A stretch of 64,000 nt of DNA from Patescibacteria group bacterium (GTDB taxonomy: Bacteria > Patescibacteriota > Patescibacteriia > Patescibacteriales > UBA12465), in NCBI GenBank assembly GCA_023229115.1, contig JALNZW010000007.1, positions 1,423 through 65,422 of the forward strand, in the 5' to 3' direction. How positions within the stretch are numbered: the first letter of the stretch is position 1; the number at the start of each line of letters is the position of its first letter. Shown here one piece after another: positions 27,286 through 35,524 of this stretch. Position numbers and translations under genes: made by a program. The notes beneath the pieces were generated by a model, which saw only the letters and a program-made list of their open reading frames with translations, made no database searches and had not been told where the DNA came from.

Positions 27286-27421
27286 ATTTTATTATAAATT
27301 ATTAAGACTTATTAATTCATTTAAACTACATTAATTTTTTTGACATTAGGACAAACATGTTCAACAATCTAACAATTGAATAGCCTAAATTTATTTTTTT
27401 AATTTAAACAATAATATAAAT

Positions 27422-27790
27422 CTAAAAGAGATTTTTAAGTTCTTTTATAATAAAATAAACAGTAAATATCAACACAATAATTAGTCCAAGTCCAAGCCAT
27501 TTATACTCAGATGCAAAAACTGAAAAAAATAATTGAGAAAGAGCTACTAAAACCTGAACAATTGCAACTATAGACAAAACAGTAGAAAACCTTCTTGTAT
27601 CCTCACCAGAATCTTCTAAACTTTTTCTGTTTCTTAAAATAGATTGAATCTGGAGCTTTCTAAATAGATGAGTAGCATCAACAGAATAAGAATGATCTAA
27701 TTCTTTTAATATATCACTATCCTCTTCTAGATATTTGCTTTTTTCTTTTTTGTCAGACATAAATTTTATATTACACCTCCATTTTACCAC
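27422..27790 (-). CDS. Small protein with C-terminal 2-TM anchor, orphan
   Basis: 122 aa. The more likely start is MSDKKEK at 27760. Confidence 0.45.
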   Translation of the reverse strand: MVKWRCNIKFMSDKKEKSKYLEEDSDILKELDHSYSVDATHLFRKLQIQSILRNRKSLEDSGEDTRRFSTVLSIVAIVQVLVALSQLFFSVFASEYKWLGLGLIIVLIFTVYFIIKELKNLF

Positions 27791-27969
27791 TAAAAATACA
27801 TAGTATCAAGATAAAATTACAATGAACTATTAAGTTTTTTTCAACCTTTTTTGCACCCCATTTTAAATACTTTTAACGCCTTTGACTAAAAAAACCTGGC
27901 ATCTGCCAAGTTTTCTTTTTACCCCTATAAAACAAGGGCTTAAGCTCGGTCGCTTTTACCGAATTTGTC

Positions 27970-27997
27970 TGCTCGGAGACTGGGACAAGATTGGAAC
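27970..27997 (-). repeat. Degenerate remnant of the tRNA-Gln 3' end (possible decayed att copy)
   Basis: Compare tgctcggagactgggacaagattggaac with the tRNA region tgctcggggactagg-------attcgaac. They share the tgctcgg.gact.gga and att.gaac ends, with an internal insertion. Confidence 0.35.
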
Positions 27998-28064
27998 TTT
28001 TTTGTAAGAAAAAAGGCCTCTTCAACAAAGAAAAGGCCTTATGACTGATTACTGTAAATCGAGT

Positions 28065-28343
28065 TTAAAGCTTTGAGAATTCAGAGCATGCTTTGTAAAT
28101 TTTCGATCCGACAAAGCCTCTTAAAACTTCACTTTTTGTACCATCTTCATTGAGACTTTCTATAAACTCCACAAATGGCACTACTTCGCGTGGTTTGTGT
28201 AAATCGTTTAAATACTTAACAGTATTTTTAATTAAAGAATCTTCGTCAGTCTCAGAAAAAAGTAATTCTTTTCCAAGCCATTTTGATAAAGGTCCATTAA
28301 TTACAGTCACGCCATAGGTTATCAAAAACCATTTTTTACTCAT
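28065..28343 (-). CDS. Hypothetical 92-aa protein
   Basis: ORF with GGAGGAAA Shine-Dalgarno-like sequence upstream (plus-strand tttcctcc at about 28352-28359). No family. Confidence 0.5.
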   Translation of the reverse strand: MSKKWFLITYGVTVINGPLSKWLGKELLFSETDEDSLIKNTVKYLNDLHKPREVVPFVEFIESLNEDGTKSEVLRGFVGSKIYKACSEFSKL

Positions 28344-28422
28344 CTTTTTTTCCTCCTTATTGATTAGTATCTTGTTAATGAATACAAAAAATATAGCATA
28401 AAGCTATATTTTTGTCAATGTG

Positions 28423-28493
28423 CTCGGGGACTAGGATTCGAACCCAGATAAACAGGACCAGAACCTGTTGTCCTACCATTAGACGATCCCCGA
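28423..28493 (-). tRNA. tRNA-Gln (anticodon CUG), CCA not encoded
   Basis: Manual cloverleaf: acceptor TCGGGGA/TCCCCGA (U1:A72, G73 as expected for Gln), D arm GTC-TAATGGTA-GGAC, anticodon arm ACAGG-TTCTGGT-CCTGT, variable TTAT, T arm CTGGG-TTCGAAT-CCTAG. 71 nt. Confidence 0.9.
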
Positions 28494-28544
28494 ATAAAAT
28501 ATCAACTTATTATTTTATATCATTAAACTATTTTTTTTTCAAGT

Positions 28545-28570
28545 AAAAAGCCCTTTTGATAAAGGGCTTC
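28545..28570 (-). terminator. Intrinsic terminator after 28586..29476
   Basis: AAGCCCTTT-TGAT-AAAGGGCTT hairpin with a U-run on the minus strand. Confidence 0.6.
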
Positions 28571-28585
28571 TAAAAAATGTTCTAG

Positions 28586-29476
28586 TTATTTTTTAAGAAA
28601 TTTATTTGAAAAAACTTTAAGCATTTCTATTCGATTTTTTTCCGAAAAGAGGTAAAACATTTTAGAGGCTTCATCCTTTTGATTGTCCTCAATTAAGTAT
28701 AAAAACCTCGTCATTAGTTCTTCCTCGGTTATTTTTCGGTCTAGAATTTTTAAAATTCTTTCAACTTTAAAAAATTGACATTTCTTAAGAGCAGCCTCTA
28801 GAATTAATTCAACTTCCGCCCGGCTCAATTTTCTTTCTAAAACATAAGAAACACTTGAAGCACTCTCCAGGTCACCATCTTTTATTGCTAACTGAAACTT
28901 ACCTTCGAGCTCTTTTTTTATTTTACTTTTATCGGGTATAAATTTGAAAAATTTTAAAACAAATTTATTTCTAAAAAAAGAACATATAACAAACTCGGAC
29001 ATGTTTTCTAGAGTAAGCTTTAGCTCTTCTCTTTCCTTGACAAGGTCTTCGTTTTCTATATCTTCTTCAGATAAAGGGTTTTTCTTTAAAAAACAAGACA
29101 TTCTTTGAAGCAAGTCATAAACCAGCTTAAGATTTTTCTCGTCAACAAAATTGATTTCCAACATTTCCCTAAGGTTGTCTAAAGTCAAAAAATCTTTTTG
29201 AATTAAAGACTCCAATCTTTGACAATAATAATAGTCACCCTTTTTAATAGAAGACTCAACAAAACTCATCAAAAAATCAATCTCGTCTTTATCCGGTGCC
29301 TCTCCTGTTTTTTCGAAACATTTAAGTAGTGATTGATGATCATTAGATGAAATCCATTTTTCAATAATTAGACCCAAAATGCTTTCATCATTGTCGAGGC
29401 TTGAAACTAACAAGTCCAAAGCTTTATCAATTTCTCCTTTAGATAGCATACGCTCAATTACTGTACTTATTTCCAT
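28586..29476 (-). CDS. Hypothetical all-helical protein
   Basis: 296-aa ORF rich in E/K/L, with helical-repeat appearance. No family recognised. Confidence 0.5.
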   Translation of the reverse strand: MEISTVIERMLSKGEIDKALDLLVSSLDNDESILGLIIEKWISSNDHQSLLKCFEKTGEAPDKDEIDFLMSFVESSIKKGDYYYCQRLESLIQKDFLTLDNLREMLEINFVDEKNLKLVYDLLQRMSCFLKKNPLSEEDIENEDLVKEREELKLTLENMSEFVICSFFRNKFVLKFFKFIPDKSKIKKELEGKFQLAIKDGDLESASSVSYVLERKLSRAEVELILEAALKKCQFFKVERILKILDRKITEEELMTRFLYLIEDNQKDEASKMFYLFSEKNRIEMLKVFSNKFLKK

Positions 29477-29501
29477 TTTATCAATTTTTAAGGTTCATAA
29501 T

Positions 29502-29531
29502 AAAAAATCCTTTTACTATAAAAGGATTTTT
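29502..29531 (-). terminator. Intrinsic terminator after lysS
   Basis: AATCCTTTT-ACTAT-AAAAGGATT hairpin flanked by A/T runs. Confidence 0.65.
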
Positions 29532-29566
29532 AAAAAAAGTCAATATAAAATATAGTAAATAATATT

Positions 29567-31036
29567 TTAATCAGCCTTAGGCTTCATTAAAGGAAAAAGA
29601 GTTGTTTCTCTAACCGGCTTATCATTTAAAAAGGCAAATAATCTTTCTCCAAAACCAAATCCGCAAGTTGGTGGCATGCCATGTTCAAGCATCTCCACAA
29701 ACTCCCAGTCAGGCATCATAGCTTCTTCGTCGCCTCTATCAATTAAAGATTGCTGTTCTTCAAATCTTTTTCTCTGTTCAATTGGATTGTTCAACTCACT
29801 ATAACCATTACCAACCTCACTGCCAGCTATAATTATTTGAAATCTTTCAGTTAACTCAGGGTTTTCCTCTTTAGATTTAGCCAAAGGAGACACTAATTTA
29901 GGATGATTTATTAAAAAAGCTGGTCCAGCTATATTTTTTCGACAATATTTCCATAGAGTATCCATTAATCTTTCCCTAGTTTGACCATCATATTTAACCT
30001 TTAATTCCTGCAATTTAGAGGCCATTTCTTCTTTACTAGCATTTAAAACATCTATCCCTGTCTGTTTTAATATTTCATCCTTATAATCTATTTCCTTCCA
30101 TTCATCTCCTAAATTATATTCATAGCCCTTGGTTTTAAACTTTGTTGTACCAAAAACTTGAACAGCTATTTCTCGATATAACTCTTGAGAAAGCTTCATT
30201 CCGTCAAGATAATTAGCATAAGCCCAATAAAACTCTAAATTAGTAAATTCTTGTAAATGATCTGGGCTACTGCCTTCATTTCTAAAAACTTTACCAATTT
30301 CAAATGTTTTTTCAAAACCAGCTGCCATTAACCTTTTTTGCCATAATTCACCCACCGATATTCTTAAATAAACATCTAAATCAAAGTCATTATGATGTGT
30401 TTTAAAAGGTCTAGCCTCCGCTCCACCAGTAGTTGTCTCTAAAACTGGTGTTTCTACTTCAAAGAAGCCCTTCTTTATCATAAAGTCACGAGTAACTTGC
30501 CAAAATTTTGATTTTTTAACAAACATCTCTCTCAAATCATCATTAGTAAGTAAATCCAAATATCTTTTTCTTAATCTCTCCTCTTCGTCCTTTAATCCAT
30601 GCCATTTCTCTGGTAATGGCAATAAAGCTTTGCTTAAAACCTTGTATTTTTTAACTAATAAACTATTTTGGCCTTTATGAGTAACAAAACAAACACCACT
30701 AACCTCCAAAAAGTCAGCCATATCAATCAACTTCACAAACGACTTATAGTCATCACCTAATTCATTTTTTGAAAAAGCTAATTGAATTTCACTAGAAGAA
30801 TCTTTTAAATTAGCAAAACTAAGATTGCCATGAGTTCTTAAATTAATAATTCTACCAGCTAACACAACTTCCTCTTTACTCCCCTCTAAATCAGAAAAGT
30901 TAGACAAAACATCAGCGATAGAATGAGTTCTTACTGTTTTGCTAGGATAAGGATTGCTTGATTCCAAAATCTTATTAAGTTTTATTTCCCTCTCAACTCT
31001 CTCGTTGTTTGAGTTAATGGGTGTTTTATTTTCCAT
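29567..31036 (-). CDS. lysS: Lysyl-tRNA synthetase (class II)
   Basis: OB-fold N-domain plus class II motifs (FRNEGSSPDHLQEFTNLEFYWAY; GFGFGERL). The start is set at MENKTPINS (31036), 1 nt after the greA stop, rather than the longer ORF-track start at 31132, which would overlap greA. Confidence 0.93.
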   Translation of the reverse strand: MENKTPINSNNERVEREIKLNKILESSNPYPSKTVRTHSIADVLSNFSDLEGSKEEVVLAGRIINLRTHGNLSFANLKDSSSEIQLAFSKNELGDDYKSFVKLIDMADFLEVSGVCFVTHKGQNSLLVKKYKVLSKALLPLPEKWHGLKDEEERLRKRYLDLLTNDDLREMFVKKSKFWQVTRDFMIKKGFFEVETPVLETTTGGAEARPFKTHHNDFDLDVYLRISVGELWQKRLMAAGFEKTFEIGKVFRNEGSSPDHLQEFTNLEFYWAYANYLDGMKLSQELYREIAVQVFGTTKFKTKGYEYNLGDEWKEIDYKDEILKQTGIDVLNASKEEMASKLQELKVKYDGQTRERLMDTLWKYCRKNIAGPAFLINHPKLVSPLAKSKEENPELTERFQIIIAGSEVGNGYSELNNPIEQRKRFEEQQSLIDRGDEEAMMPDWEFVEMLEHGMPPTCGFGFGERLFAFLNDKPVRETTLFPLMKPKAD

Positions 31037-31037
31037 A

Positions 31038-31499
31038 TTATTTAATTTCAAGAATTTTATACTTAAATTCTCCCTTGGGAGTAGTAACCATAACTTCGTC
31101 CCCTTTTCTTTTCCCCAAGAAAGCCATTCCAATTGGAGATTCGTTTGATATCTTGCCGTTCAAAGGATCAGCTTCGTTAAAACTAACTATAACAAAATCT
31201 TTTTTCTTGCCATCACAAGACACTTTAACACTAGAGCCCATTTCAATTTCACCTTTGTTGGAACCAACAGTTTTAACTATGGTTACATTTTTTAAAATAT
31301 TTGTTAGCTCCAAAATTCGACCCTCGTTTAAGGCTTGAGCATCTTTAGCTTCACTGTATTCAGCATTTTCACTTAAATCACCCAATTCTTTAGCTCTTTC
31401 AATTCTTTCGGCAATTTCTTTTCTTCTAGTCACACTCAATAAATCCAATTCCTCTTTAATCTTATTGTAACCCTCTTGCGTTATAATTTGATTCTCCAT
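31038..31499 (-). CDS. greA: Transcription elongation factor GreA
   Basis: GDLSENAEYSEAKDAQ motif, coiled-coil N-domain and C-terminal FKBP-like domain. 153 aa. Confidence 0.9.
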   Translation of the reverse strand: MENQIITQEGYNKIKEELDLLSVTRRKEIAERIERAKELGDLSENAEYSEAKDAQALNEGRILELTNILKNVTIVKTVGSNKGEIEMGSSVKVSCDGKKKDFVIVSFNEADPLNGKISNESPIGMAFLGKRKGDEVMVTTPKGEFKYKILEIK

Positions 31500-31578
31500 A
31501 GTTTTTAATTATATTATTAGATTGTTTTAAAATAATCCTTTAAAATATATCAATTTTTAATAAATAATGCAAATAAAC

Positions 31579-32193
31579 TTAGATTAAAGTTATTAAATAA
31601 ATCAACAACAAATGAAGTGGATAAAAAGAATACTGTAAATATTTATTAATTTTAAAATCATACTTTTCAAAATAATGGATTATAAAAAAAGAAGGTATAG
31701 CAAAAATTTGCCAAAAAGATTGAGGTAGCAAAAAGACTCTAACAATAGTTAAACCAGATTGCAATGGAATAACAAATTTATTTTTAAAAATATGAAAAAA
31801 CATTATCATTATAATTCCATAAAGACCATAGTCCAGAGGAACAATAAAAGGTAAAATTAGAACAATAAAAAGCAAAAAATAACTTAAAAATTTATTTTTT
31901 AATTTATTTTCATAAAAAAAGATGGCTGCTAAACCCAGCAACAAAGTAAAACAAATATTTAAAATTTCTTTATCAATCACTAAATAAAAGAAAGGTTGAG
32001 AAATCAAAGCCAACAACAATAATCTCCACCCATACTTATAGACATTTCTAGTTTTAGCATAACCGTTGGCTATTCCCCAAGCAAAAAATGGAAAAGCTAA
32101 ACGACCGATAAGTCTAAAAACAATTTGATCCGGAAAAAAAACCAAACCAACATGATCAATTAACATTGTTACTATGGCAATTATTTTAAACAT
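31579..32193 (-). CDS. TraX-family membrane protein (putative acyltransferase)
   Basis: MFKIIAIVTMLIDHVGLVFFP matches the TraX N-terminal signature. It is multi-pass and 204 aa. Confidence 0.65.
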   Translation of the reverse strand: MFKIIAIVTMLIDHVGLVFFPDQIVFRLIGRLAFPFFAWGIANGYAKTRNVYKYGWRLLLLALISQPFFYLVIDKEILNICFTLLLGLAAIFFYENKLKNKFLSYFLLFIVLILPFIVPLDYGLYGIIMIMFFHIFKNKFVIPLQSGLTIVRVFLLPQSFWQIFAIPSFFIIHYFEKYDFKINKYLQYSFYPLHLLLIYLITLI

Positions 32194-33704
32194 ATTTTAT
32201 TATTTTGGTTTTTATAATAATCAAAAAATAAAATCAGTAGAATTAGCAAAGATATTCCCAGGGGATGATTAAGATAAGGAGTAAAAAAATTAACAGCACT
32301 TAAACTTAAAAGAGATGAAATTATAATTAAATATAAATAATCAGCACTACTATAAAAAGTAATTAAGTTTTTCTTCAAAAACAATAAAATTAACCAGGAG
32401 TAAATTGCAAAACCTAAAACTCCCATCTTTAACAAAATATCCAGCCAACCCCACTCAAAAGCATAGGTTGAATATTTACCATCAGGACTACTCTGAAGAA
32501 CTCGAGGATCACTAGAAATATACTCTATACGAGCTCCAAAGCCTTTACCCAAGATGAAATTAGACTGAATTTCAACTTTCATAGCATCTAATAAGGCCCA
32601 ACGAGAAGATATAGCTGATTCATTGGCGGTTACTTTAGCCCTCTCAGAAAATGAATCAATATTAAAAGAGCTCTTAGCTATTGGCCAAGGAAATTTAACA
32701 ACAATAAAAATTAATATCAAAGACAATGATAATGATAACACTCCTAAAAAAAACGTTTTTAAAAATTTTTTAAAACCATATTTATGCCAAATAAAAAACA
32801 AAAGAACCAAAAAGACTGATAAAAAACCAAACCAGAAACTCCTGGAAAAACTTAAAACGATTACTGATAAAGACAAAATTGAGATTAACAAAAAGTTAAA
32901 TTTAATTTTTTTATTTTCTTTTATCAAAAATATAAAACTAAAATAGAAAATTAAAAAAGAAAAAATTTGATTCTGAAAAAATATTCGATAAAAACCATTA
33001 TTCATATTAGTTATTTCCCCTAAGGCATATACCCTGCTCCAAGAATAAAGATCGGAAATTGTTGGTCTTAAATCATGAGAAAATAAAAACAAAAAAAACA
33101 ATGATTTAAAAATCATGTAAAAACCAACTGAAATAAATATTAAAAAAATATTTTTCCAAAACTTATCTTTTTCATCTTGTTTAGAAAAATAAACAAGGTA
33201 AGAAAAAGGTAAAATCAAAATCAAAAAAAGCCAAGAATTGAAATCAAAAAAAGCATCAGAAAATCCATTATTAACTAGGCCGAGGATAAAAGAAAAAATT
33301 AAAAAAACAGATAAATAAAGAAAATTTTTACCAAAAGCAAAGTTTTTAAAAAAATTTATTATAGCCGCCCTATCTTTTATAAATAAAAAAATAAATTTAC
33401 TTAGAAAAATAGCCATAAAAATCAACCAAAAAGCTATTCGTAATGAAATTTTTAAACCACCATTTTCTAAATAAAAAATATAGCCCATGGAATTCAAAAA
33501 AATCTCAGCCAAAAGTAAGTAGGCACCCCATTTTAAATCAACAAAACTAAAAATTGCTAACAACAAAACTAATAAGAAAAAAAATAAAGTATTTAAAAAA
33601 CTAAAATTAAAAGAAATAAAAGATATCATTTCCATTAGAAATGATATCAAAAAAATAAAAAATATTTTCTTATAATCAGATTTTAAAAAAGAAATATTAA
33701 ACAT
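32181..33704 (-). CDS. O-antigen ligase/polymerase-like (Wzy_C-type) integral membrane protein
   Basis: 507 aa with at least 10 TM helices and one larger loop (SERAKVTANESAISSRWALLDA...GKGFG). It lies in a glycosyltransferase cluster. Confidence 0.5.
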   Translation of the reverse strand: MFNISFLKSDYKKIFFIFLISFLMEMISFISFNFSFLNTLFFFLLVLLLAIFSFVDLKWGAYLLLAEIFLNSMGYIFYLENGGLKISLRIAFWLIFMAIFLSKFIFLFIKDRAAIINFFKNFAFGKNFLYLSVFLIFSFILGLVNNGFSDAFFDFNSWLFLILILPFSYLVYFSKQDEKDKFWKNIFLIFISVGFYMIFKSLFFLFLFSHDLRPTISDLYSWSRVYALGEITNMNNGFYRIFFQNQIFSFLIFYFSFIFLIKENKKIKFNFLLISILSLSVIVLSFSRSFWFGFLSVFLVLLFFIWHKYGFKKFLKTFFLGVLSLSLSLILIFIVVKFPWPIAKSSFNIDSFSERAKVTANESAISSRWALLDAMKVEIQSNFILGKGFGARIEYISSDPRVLQSSPDGKYSTYAFEWGWLDILLKMGVLGFAIYSWLILLFLKKNLITFYSSADYLYLIIISSLLSLSAVNFFTPYLNHPLGISLLILLILFFDYYKNQNNKICLK

Positions 33705-33708
33705 TTTA

Positions 33709-34410
33709 TTAAATCAAATTATGTTTGTCCTTTATAATTTTCATAGCTTTCTTATATTTTCTGACTGCTGGCAAAAAAGGGAAAGCCTTATAAGCAAAGG
33801 CCGGTAACCAAGATGAAATAGTTCCACCTGGTTTTATCTTAAACAAGGCTTCATCGATAAAAAATCCAGTATGACCATTTTCTAGCATAGTTAACCACAA
33901 ATCCCAATCTTGTAATTTTTTAATACTTTCATCCCAGCCACTTTCAGGAAAAGACTCTCTTCTAATAAGTGACATAGTATGAATATAGGGCATTTTTTTA
34001 AGTTTATCAGCATCAAAGGGCCAAAGCTTAAACAATTTATTACCCCAATAAAAAGAAGAATAAACATAAGCAACTTCAGGGTCAGATTCCAAAACTTGCA
34101 ACATTTTTTCTAAAGCATCAGACTTTAAAATAGAATCACAATCACAAAAAAGAATATACTTACCCCGAGACTCCTTTAAACCCTTATTTCTAGCAGCTGG
34201 AGCGCCTTTATTCTCTTGATTAATAAAATAATAATCATTATCAACCTTAAAACTTTCTAAAAATTTTTCAAAAACAGAACGAGTATTATCTCTTGAACCA
34301 TCATTAACAATAATAACCTCAAAATCACGATAGGTCTGAGCTTCTATGCTTTTAACAGTATTTACGATTGTTTTAGCCCCATTATAAACAGGAATTATTA
34401 TTGATATCAT
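33709..34410 (-). CDS. Glycosyltransferase family 2
   Basis: ISIIIPVYNGAKTI...VIIVNDGSRDNT...CDCDS (DxD-type) motifs. Confidence 0.85.
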   Translation of the reverse strand: MISIIIPVYNGAKTIVNTVKSIEAQTYRDFEVIIVNDGSRDNTRSVFEKFLESFKVDNDYYFINQENKGAPAARNKGLKESRGKYILFCDCDSILKSDALEKMLQVLESDPEVAYVYSSFYWGNKLFKLWPFDADKLKKMPYIHTMSLIRRESFPESGWDESIKKLQDWDLWLTMLENGHTGFFIDEALFKIKPGGTISSWLPAFAYKAFPFLPAVRKYKKAMKIIKDKHNLI

Positions 34411-34414
34411 TTAT

Positions 34415-35518
34415 TTATTTATTTAAAAAATCATAAATATTATTTGCCTGATTTTTCCAATTAAATTTAATTAAAGCTCTTTCCCTACCACCTTCACCCA
34501 AATTATGACTTAAATTTTTATTATTTAATAATTTCAAAATAGCTTCTGAAATTTCATCTTTAGACTCGGGATCAACCATTAAGCCACTATAATTATGAGC
34601 AACAGCATCAGAAACACCACCACTCTTACCAGCAATAACAGGTTTAAACAGAAGTCCTGCTTCTAAAAAAACTATACCAAAACCCTCAAAATCACCAGCA
34701 ATATTTCTGGCAGGCATAATAAAGATATCAGATAGAGATAAAAAAGTCCATTTCTCCTCTTCACTTATTTCGCCAGTAAAAATTATTTTTTCTTGAAAAT
34801 TTTCACCAAAAGTTTTAAATGCCAAATTCTTTAAATAACTCTCATCAGGACCATTCCCAGCTATAACATATTTTAAGTTGTTACCTAAAAAATCGCTGGA
34901 CTGAAAAACTTTCTCTAAAGATAAAATAGTATAATCAAAACCCTTTCTTTTAACCAACCTACCCAGACTAAACAAAACCTTTTTACCTGACAAGTTGTAC
35001 TTTTTAATTAACTCCTCCCTTTTTGACTCATTATTAAAATTAAAATCATTTACACCAGGATTAACAGTTATTACCTTATTATTATCTATTCTATAAATAT
35101 TTTTTAGCATTTCACAAACGAAAGAATTGGCGCAAATTATTTTATCCGATCTTTTAATTATTTTTTTTGTTAAAAATCTTTTCCAATTATTTTTAGAAGC
35201 TAAAGGAAGATCCATTCCATGAAAAAAGATTGTATATTTAATTTTTAAAAAAAATGACAGAAAAAACACAACTGTTCCTAATGGTAAAACCTGCCCAACC
35301 AAAACATTTTCTATGTTATTTTTTTTAATCTCTTTCCATGTTTTAAAAATAGCCGGAAACCATCTCAAAAAACCACTTCTCCTGATTAATTTATCATTAC
35401 TGTTATCTAAAACAATTATTTCTGAAGATTTTGGCCAATGATAAACCATATTAGTATAATAATTAGCTACACCGCCCTTAAAAGGAAAATATTCAGATGT
35501 TAATAATAAAAATTTCAT
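34415..35518 (-). CDS. Glycosyltransferase family 4 (GT-B, GT1/GT4-type)
   Basis: The C-terminal EGFGIVFLEAGLLFKPVIAGKSGGVSDAV motif (E-x7-E region) is typical of GT4. Confidence 0.85.
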   Translation of the reverse strand: MKFLLLTSEYFPFKGGVANYYTNMVYHWPKSSEIIVLDNSNDKLIRRSGFLRWFPAIFKTWKEIKKNNIENVLVGQVLPLGTVVFFLSFFLKIKYTIFFHGMDLPLASKNNWKRFLTKKIIKRSDKIICANSFVCEMLKNIYRIDNNKVITVNPGVNDFNFNNESKREELIKKYNLSGKKVLFSLGRLVKRKGFDYTILSLEKVFQSSDFLGNNLKYVIAGNGPDESYLKNLAFKTFGENFQEKIIFTGEISEEEKWTFLSLSDIFIMPARNIAGDFEGFGIVFLEAGLLFKPVIAGKSGGVSDAVAHNYSGLMVDPESKDEISEAILKLLNNKNLSHNLGEGGRERALIKFNWKNQANNIYDFLNK

Positions 35519-35524
35519 AGATTA

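Larger units (their letters stand above)
19537..28422 (-). mobile_element. Putative tRNA-Gln-associated genomic island(s), apparently two tandem units (19537-20877 and 20897-28422); no integrase detected
   Basis: It is bounded by the intact tRNA-Gln and exact direct repeats of its 3' 19 nt. Content is orphan membrane proteins and accessory enzymes. A degenerate extra repeat lies at 27970-27997. Confidence 0.3.

Noticed and set aside
31037-31132. N-terminal 32-aa extension of lysS (ORF-track start at 31132)
   Set aside because: It would overlap the 3' end of greA by 95 nt, and the extension (MEWLSWGKEKGTKLWLLLPRENLSIKF...) has no LysS-like sequence. The internal ATG at 31036 sits 1 nt after the greA stop.
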